64,000 nt of DNA from a virus. Below, piece by piece: positions 58,880-64,000 of the stretch (position 1 is its first letter; each line of letters starts with the position of its first letter). The notes beneath the pieces are model-generated. The model ran no database searches. It was not told the origin of the DNA and was given only the letters and a program-made list of their open reading frames with translations. Location of the stretch: positions 49,645 to 113,644 of IMG/VR virus record IMGVR_UViG_3300005826_000037. One strand, written 5' to 3'. The translations under genes and the position numbers were made by a program.

Positions 58880-59635
58880 TTAAATCCACATCTTATCATA
58901 AAAAGTATTTCCTGAATCTGTGGTTCCATATCTTGGGTCCTGCTCATACAAATTATCTAAATCTGAAGCAGGCTCTATTCCTTGTGGCAAACCTAAAACA
59001 GGTGGTTCTTTAGGGTTAAGAGTTTGAAGTTTTTTATCCATAATCTCTTGTAACTTAGCAATATAGTCATGGATATTATCACTGTCATAATTTGTTCCAA
59101 AATCTAAATCAGTAGGTGGTTTTCCTTCGAAATCATATTCGGGCATATATTTATCTAATAACCCACCAATTGGAACAGAATTACTAACAGTTCCACTATC
59201 TCCTAAAACTGGAGATGATTTAATTTGTTCATCTACAAGAAAATCTATATCATTTTCATCGCAGCCTAGCGCAATAAGTAGAGCAACTCTTCTAACAGCT
59301 CTCTTATGTTTTTTCTCTTTTGCCTTTGATATACTACCATCGTCATATTTGTATAAATCTTCCGCCTTGTATTTTTCTTTATTCTTCTTTTTCTTTTCTC
59401 TGAAATCAGATACACTTTTGTATTCATCCATATGCTGATACAATCCGGTACCAGGACCATGCTTTGCTGGTCCATCGACACCTTCTGTTTCATATAGATC
59501 ATAATTTTTAAACAAAGGTTCTTTAAATCTTGGCTGCATAACTAAAGCAGGCTCAGACTTATATTTTTTCTTCTTAGGTGTTGGTTCATTTTCTTTTCCA
59601 CCACCTTGAAAATAAGCAGATTTACTTTGAGGCAT
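58880..59635 (-). CDS. Hypothetical protein sharing the scaffold YFQ..EPTP repeat
   Basis: KSAYFQGGGKENEPTPKKKKYKSEP. Confidence 0.6.
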   Translation of the reverse strand: MPQSKSAYFQGGGKENEPTPKKKKYKSEPALVMQPRFKEPLFKNYDLYETEGVDGPAKHGPGTGLYQHMDEYKSVSDFREKKKKNKEKYKAEDLYKYDDGSISKAKEKKHKRAVRRVALLIALGCDENDIDFLVDEQIKSSPVLGDSGTVSNSVPIGGLLDKYMPEYDFEGKPPTDLDFGTNYDSDNIHDYIAKLQEIMDKKLQTLNPKEPPVLGLPQGIEPASDLDNLYEQDPRYGTTDSGNTFYDKMWI

Positions 59636-60395
59636 TTATACCACCTCTGATATGTTTTATATAATAAGGATAAACTTCTTTAGTAATAGGAATGTAATTC
59701 CACAAATTCATCTTTGTTAAATTGTGCTCAGCACGGTCAGCATCCCAAGTGAAAGCCTCATTTAGCTTCTTAGACAAGGAACTCTGAGATGAATCCTGAA
59801 CTGATTGTGGATTTTTCTTAACAAATTCAATTATTGAATTATCTATATCAAAATTTAGCTTTGATGATAGGTATACCGATCTAATTACTCTATTCTTATT
59901 AGAAGTTAATGTTATTTCTGGAGCCAAACATGTTTTAATCTTCTTTTCTTTTATATCTTTGAACCCTCTATTAGTAGGGTCAATAATATTCTTTAGATCT
60001 AAAGATAATAAAAGAGCGTTGCAGGTAAAATCCCTACTAAACATCTCTCTTTGGAAATTAGTGGGCTCCTTAATTCCAAGTTTTTGTAAGTATAAATCTA
60101 TATTTGGTATTACAAAATTTGATGAAAAATCTAATTTTAGATCTCCAATAAAAACAGTACTATGACCATCTGGCATTGTCTTTCTACTTACCTTATATTG
60201 CTTCCCAAGTTTATCAGCAAAAGCTTCAGATAAGTAATCTATTGTCTTATCACCAGTAGTAATATCAATATCTGAAACCTTCTCTAATTGATCCAGATAC
60301 TTATCCCTCGGCGTACCTCCACATATCATAGGATATGAAGCTTTTATATCTATAGCTGTTTTGCCTAATAAATATAATAATTCTTTTAGTTTCAT
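59622..60395 (-). CDS. Divergent class II nucleotidyltransferase (poly(A) polymerase/CCA family)
   Basis: CGGTPRD, DIDIT, SRDFTCNAL, IIDPTNRG; the EDxxR template motif is replaced by SNKNR. Confidence 0.8.
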   Translation of the reverse strand: MKLKELLYLLGKTAIDIKASYPMICGGTPRDKYLDQLEKVSDIDITTGDKTIDYLSEAFADKLGKQYKVSRKTMPDGHSTVFIGDLKLDFSSNFVIPNIDLYLQKLGIKEPTNFQREMFSRDFTCNALLLSLDLKNIIDPTNRGFKDIKEKKIKTCLAPEITLTSNKNRVIRSVYLSSKLNFDIDNSIIEFVKKNPQSVQDSSQSSLSKKLNEAFTWDADRAEHNLTKMNLWNYIPITKEVYPYYIKHIRGGINASK

Positions 60396-61102
60396 ATATG
60401 TGTCCACCTTTTTCTATTTACTATTTGATTAATAGTATTAGGTTTAACATTATATAATTTAGCTAATTCAGTTTGAGAATATTTACCACTATTCCACTTA
60501 TCTCGTATATCTAATACATCTTTTTCAGTTAATTTAGCACTAGATTGATTGCTCCCCCTACATTTGCAACTTATTACTTTTTTTAATTCTTCTGAAATTT
60601 CTCTATTTTTAAGAAAATTAACAACCTCTTCTGAATGTGTTTTGCCATAAAATCCATTATTTTCACCACTAACAGATTTAGATATTTTAGATTTTATATC
60701 ATCAGATATTTTTTTTCCATAATTGTGGTTATTTTCTCCTCGTATTTTATCACGAGACTCTTCAGACCATTTCACCCCAGATGTACCTTCACCACCATCT
60801 GTTAAATTCATACCAAAATTATAATCATTGGAGTTAAACTTTTCAATCCATTTTTTTTCTTTTTCAAAAGCTTCAATTTCTGTTAAGCAATTCTCCAAAA
60901 CTTCAATATTAAAATTATAAACACCATATTTATTTATTGATTTATGTAAATATTGATATGCTTTTCTTTCTTTATTTTTAGCCACACTAATATGACGCTT
61001 CCATCTTTTTTCTATATTAGATGTTTTTCCAATATATACTTTACCATTCATTAAATTGGTAATCTTATATATACAAAAATTATTAAGGTCTCGTAGCTTC
61101 AT
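60392..61102 (-). mobile_element. GIY-YIG homing endonuclease with NUMOD3 repeats and C-terminal HTH
   Basis: CIYKITN..KVYIGKT; GENNGFYGKTHSEE; AKLTEKDV..YSQTELAKLY. Confidence 0.9.
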
Positions 61103-61116
61103 ACATTTATATCACA

Positions 61117-62931
61117 TTATGCTGGTTTTGGTGCTGGAGGTGCTGGAGGAGGTATTGGTGCAGGCTCCTTCAAATCCATTTCTACTTCTGGAACTTCCTT
61201 TTCTGCCTCTTCTTGTCTCTTAGCTTTCCTTGCCTCTTCTTTTCTTTCTTTCTCCTCAAGAAGATCTTTAACTTTTTCTATTTCAGGAGTTCCCTCTTTC
61301 TCTTCCCCTGTCATATCAATATCTCTAGTTTTTAATGTTCCACGAAGTTTAGAAATAATATCTTCAATACGAGTAAGAATATAGTTGTTTGCTTCCAAAG
61401 CTTTATTAGTTGCCTCAGATAATGAAGGGAAGAATGGCGATAGTCCTTTACTATCCAACATCATGTCAGCCAGAGATAATTGACGAGCCATTTCTCTTGT
61501 CTTATAAAACTTTGCAATATCTTCAAATTTAGCAACAATATCATTCATTGTTAAATTAGAAAACAAAGTTTCTACCATTTTATCTAAATCTTTGTCAGAT
61601 TTAGATCCTATTTCCTCTTCTTTTATTTCCAAATTTTCATCTTTCAGATCCTTATTTGGTGGAGGAATTGGTCTTGGAGCAGGAGATTCAACTTGCGCCT
61701 CAACATATAAATCATCATCATTATCATTTACTTCAAGTTCTTCATCAGTCTTTAATGATGTTGATAATCCTTGCATAAATTCTGCAATACCTGGTGATAC
61801 TGGCTTTGGAGGATTATTCTGAGGTGGCACCATTCCTGGTCCTACTGATGGTAACCCTCCCACTTCACCACTTCCTTGATCCACAGACATATTTGTTGGT
61901 TCTGCAGGTGATTTTGCAGCAGGAATAGCATCTTTCTTTTCTTCTTTTGCAGAGGCAGGTGCTGGTACCTTTTCTTTAGCATTATCTTTTGGTGGAGCAG
62001 ATTTTTCTTGTTTAGCTCCTTCACCACTCACCGGTTCCATTGCAGATACCTTATGCAAAGAATATAATAACAGTCCAGCGGCTTTTCCATGACCATTATG
62101 AGTCAACCTATTTGCTTCTCTTACAATCATATCCTCATATAATTTTGAAGAGGTGCTTTTCTTGTTGACCATATAAATCTTTTGCTTTAATTCATGAAGA
62201 GTTTTTAAAAGACTTTCAAATTGATCTTCTGCTAAATCTTGACCTTCAAGAGATCTAATAAGTTTTTCAGCAGAATCTAATCTCCCAATAATCTTTTTTC
62301 TTTGGTTCTCTATCTCTTCTCTTTTCTTTTTTGACATGCCCTTAGTTGGATCAGAACTGCTTTCCTCTTTTGCTGGTTGTTTGTCATTTTTAATTGGCAA
62401 AAGATATCCGATATCAGCGTCACCATACCACTTCTGTGCCTTCTTATATTTTAACTGATTTCCACCTTCATAATATTTAAGCCAATTAAGAAAATCATAA
62501 ACTTCCATAGTCTTCCATCCAGCAGTAGCTTCACGAATAGCTACATTTCTTTCCTCTCCCTTTTTGACGTCATAATAAATACGATTAACCGCAGTGAGCC
62601 ATTTATCAAGATTATGAGAACCAGGAATATTCATAAACTGATTATTTGGATATGCCAACTTAAAACCTTCAGAAGACTTAAAATTTTCCATAATTTCTTT
62701 ATATCTTTTATCAAGTTCTTCTTTATCAGGGAAATTGATTTTAAATCTAGGATCATCTAAATCATAAACTTTTTCAGAATCTTCTCCAAGATCATAATCT
62801 GAACTTAACCCCAGATTAGACAAAATCTCATGTAGATTAGACAATTCTTTTTCTGATGGTTCAGCTGGAACAGGATCAGGAAGTCCTTTAATTAAATCTG
62901 TCCAAGTTATATCTTTAGATTCATTTGCCAT
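61117..62931 (-). CDS. Large hypothetical head-associated protein with Pro-rich linkers
   Basis: 604 aa; FKLAY and YKKAQ sites. Confidence 0.6.
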   Translation of the reverse strand: MANESKDITWTDLIKGLPDPVPAEPSEKELSNLHEILSNLGLSSDYDLGEDSEKVYDLDDPRFKINFPDKEELDKRYKEIMENFKSSEGFKLAYPNNQFMNIPGSHNLDKWLTAVNRIYYDVKKGEERNVAIREATAGWKTMEVYDFLNWLKYYEGGNQLKYKKAQKWYGDADIGYLLPIKNDKQPAKEESSSDPTKGMSKKKREEIENQRKKIIGRLDSAEKLIRSLEGQDLAEDQFESLLKTLHELKQKIYMVNKKSTSSKLYEDMIVREANRLTHNGHGKAAGLLLYSLHKVSAMEPVSGEGAKQEKSAPPKDNAKEKVPAPASAKEEKKDAIPAAKSPAEPTNMSVDQGSGEVGGLPSVGPGMVPPQNNPPKPVSPGIAEFMQGLSTSLKTDEELEVNDNDDDLYVEAQVESPAPRPIPPPNKDLKDENLEIKEEEIGSKSDKDLDKMVETLFSNLTMNDIVAKFEDIAKFYKTREMARQLSLADMMLDSKGLSPFFPSLSEATNKALEANNYILTRIEDIISKLRGTLKTRDIDMTGEEKEGTPEIEKVKDLLEEKERKEEARKAKRQEEAEKEVPEVEMDLKEPAPIPPPAPPAPKPA

Positions 62932-62934
62932 GGT

Positions 62935-63690
62935 TCATCCATTTATCTTCTTGTCAATTGTTTCGCTTAAAACTTTGGCTTCTGTTAGTCTAGTATCTGT
63001 ATTTGATATGACATTTGCTGGAGGGAGTTTCAGTTTAGAAAATCTCTCATTAAATAGTTCCATAAAATACATAGAAGCTTCCAGATCCATATGTGATAAA
63101 ACATCCTTGATTATATCATGAAATACCGAAATATGCTGATCCATAACATTCAAAGTCACATTATGCTGAATAACATTTTGAGCGGGCTCTTCAGTAAACT
63201 TATAATATTTCTCAAGAATTATGCCTAATGTTTCTGCATAATCAATTAATAAGCGATCAATTCTAGTATTAATATTTCTGGGGTCTTCCTGAATTTCATC
63301 AAATACTTGACCAATTCTTATTTCTATAGCTACACATAAGTTTGCAACCATCTTGCGAATATCTAATTCTTTACCTGCTAGCTCTAACATCTTACTTTTA
63401 TAAGTAGGATTATTCTGAACAGATAAAGCTAATTCTTCTTCAGTGTTTGTGGCAAGAGCTGACTTTGACTTTACCACATCTTCCTGAATCATATTATAAA
63501 TATCCAGATAATTATTCTGAAATGAACTTATAGACTTCTCCGCAACCACAAACTTCTTTTCACTAGCGTTTATGTATTTAGCGGATAGCCAGTCATGTAT
63601 GTCTTTTGGTGTAATACCAATAACCAACTTAGATATTATTTCATCTTTGTCGGGATGTTGTAATATTTTCTGTAAGGCATTTTTGTTCAT
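62935..63690 (-). CDS. HTH/coiled-coil protein, possible small terminase
   Basis: N-terminal HTH-like HPDKDEIISKL..PKDIHDWL; coiled coil; a few genes upstream of terL. Confidence 0.35.
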   Translation of the reverse strand: MNKNALQKILQHPDKDEIISKLVIGITPKDIHDWLSAKYINASEKKFVVAEKSISSFQNNYLDIYNMIQEDVVKSKSALATNTEEELALSVQNNPTYKSKMLELAGKELDIRKMVANLCVAIEIRIGQVFDEIQEDPRNINTRIDRLLIDYAETLGIILEKYYKFTEEPAQNVIQHNVTLNVMDQHISVFHDIIKDVLSHMDLEASMYFMELFNERFSKLKLPPANVISNTDTRLTEAKVLSETIDKKING

Positions 63691-63705
63691 TATCTATTAC
63701 CATAA

Positions 63706-64000
63706 TTATCTACCCGAATTAAGCCTTCCTTCGCGGGTATCAAACATGGTATATCCAGGTAAATTCATACCTTGGGTCTGCTCTGAAACATCACCACCAG
63801 GCACTTTTGTACCATCCTCCATGGTGAACCCTGTCTCAAAATTGTAAACTTTCTTATCTAATTCACATTGCCAAACATGCTCTCCAATACGAGCTATTTG
63901 AGCACCAGGATGATCAGGACAATATCTTGTGCTTAAAGGAGCTTCCATAACTCTCTTCTCCTTCATAACACTACTTTGTTCGATAGTCTTCTCAGAATCA
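63706..64000 (-). CDS. 3' part of a Zn-ribbon-like protein (frame open to the right edge)
   Basis: RYCPDHPG..WQCELD; no stop codon between 63966 and 64000. Confidence 0.6.
   Translation of the reverse strand, partial: DSEKTIEQSSVMKEKRVMEAPLSTRYCPDHPGAQIARIGEHVWQCELDKKVYNFETGFTMEDGTKVPGGDVSEQTQGMNLPGYTMFDTREGRLNSGR

Noticed and set aside
12170-61102. Group I introns hosting the endonuclease genes
   Set aside because: The flanking genes are complete and unsplit, the LAGLIDADG genes are antisense, and there is no room for intron core sequence.
1-64000. Stop-codon reassignment, as in some large phages
   Set aside because: Standard-code ORFs tile the window densely with intact long genes; TAA, TGA and TAG all appear to serve as stops.
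1-64000. CRISPR arrays, tRNA/rRNA genes, diversity-generating retroelement
   Set aside because: No spaced direct repeats, cloverleaf or T-loop signatures, reverse transcriptase or TR/VR pair seen by eye; intergenic gaps are mostly under 140 bp.

Overview
This is a 64-kb AT-rich segment of a large (jumbo-type) tailed phage genome, probably a myovirus, covering most of the virion morphogenesis region, almost all on the minus strand. Reading right to left it encodes a GpA-type large terminase with a class-3 intein that starts with Met, a portal, a block of probable head-internal or ejected proteins (including a lytic transglycosylase and a Cys-based phosphatase), a prohead protease-scaffold fusion, two paralogous decoration-like proteins and an HK97-like major capsid protein. 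These are followed by many beta-rich surface, neck and fibre proteins, a holin-like protein, a tail terminator and the 5' end of a tail-sheath-like gene that runs off the left edge. Interspersed are 3 antisense LAGLIDADG, 2 GIY-YIG and 2 HNH endonuclease genes, two class II CCA/poly(A)-type nucleotidyltransferases, a 2H phosphoesterase, a cold-shock protein, a patatin and a zincin. The most striking unexplained signal is that two short peptide codes split the virion proteins. The tripeptide Asp-Gly-Tyr (DGY) occurs about 50 times (hand count) in 16 external, neck and tail proteins between 1 and 33 kb, with varied synonymous codons, and not once in proteins from 33.2 to 64 kb. Those proteins instead carry K-x-A boundary motifs and shared small domains. 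This points to an undescribed virion-surface modification or docking system (DGY) alongside a protease/packaging code (KxA). Structured 5' UTR elements shared by the capsid gene and another structural gene were also seen. All assignments come from motif recognition by eye, with no database searches.
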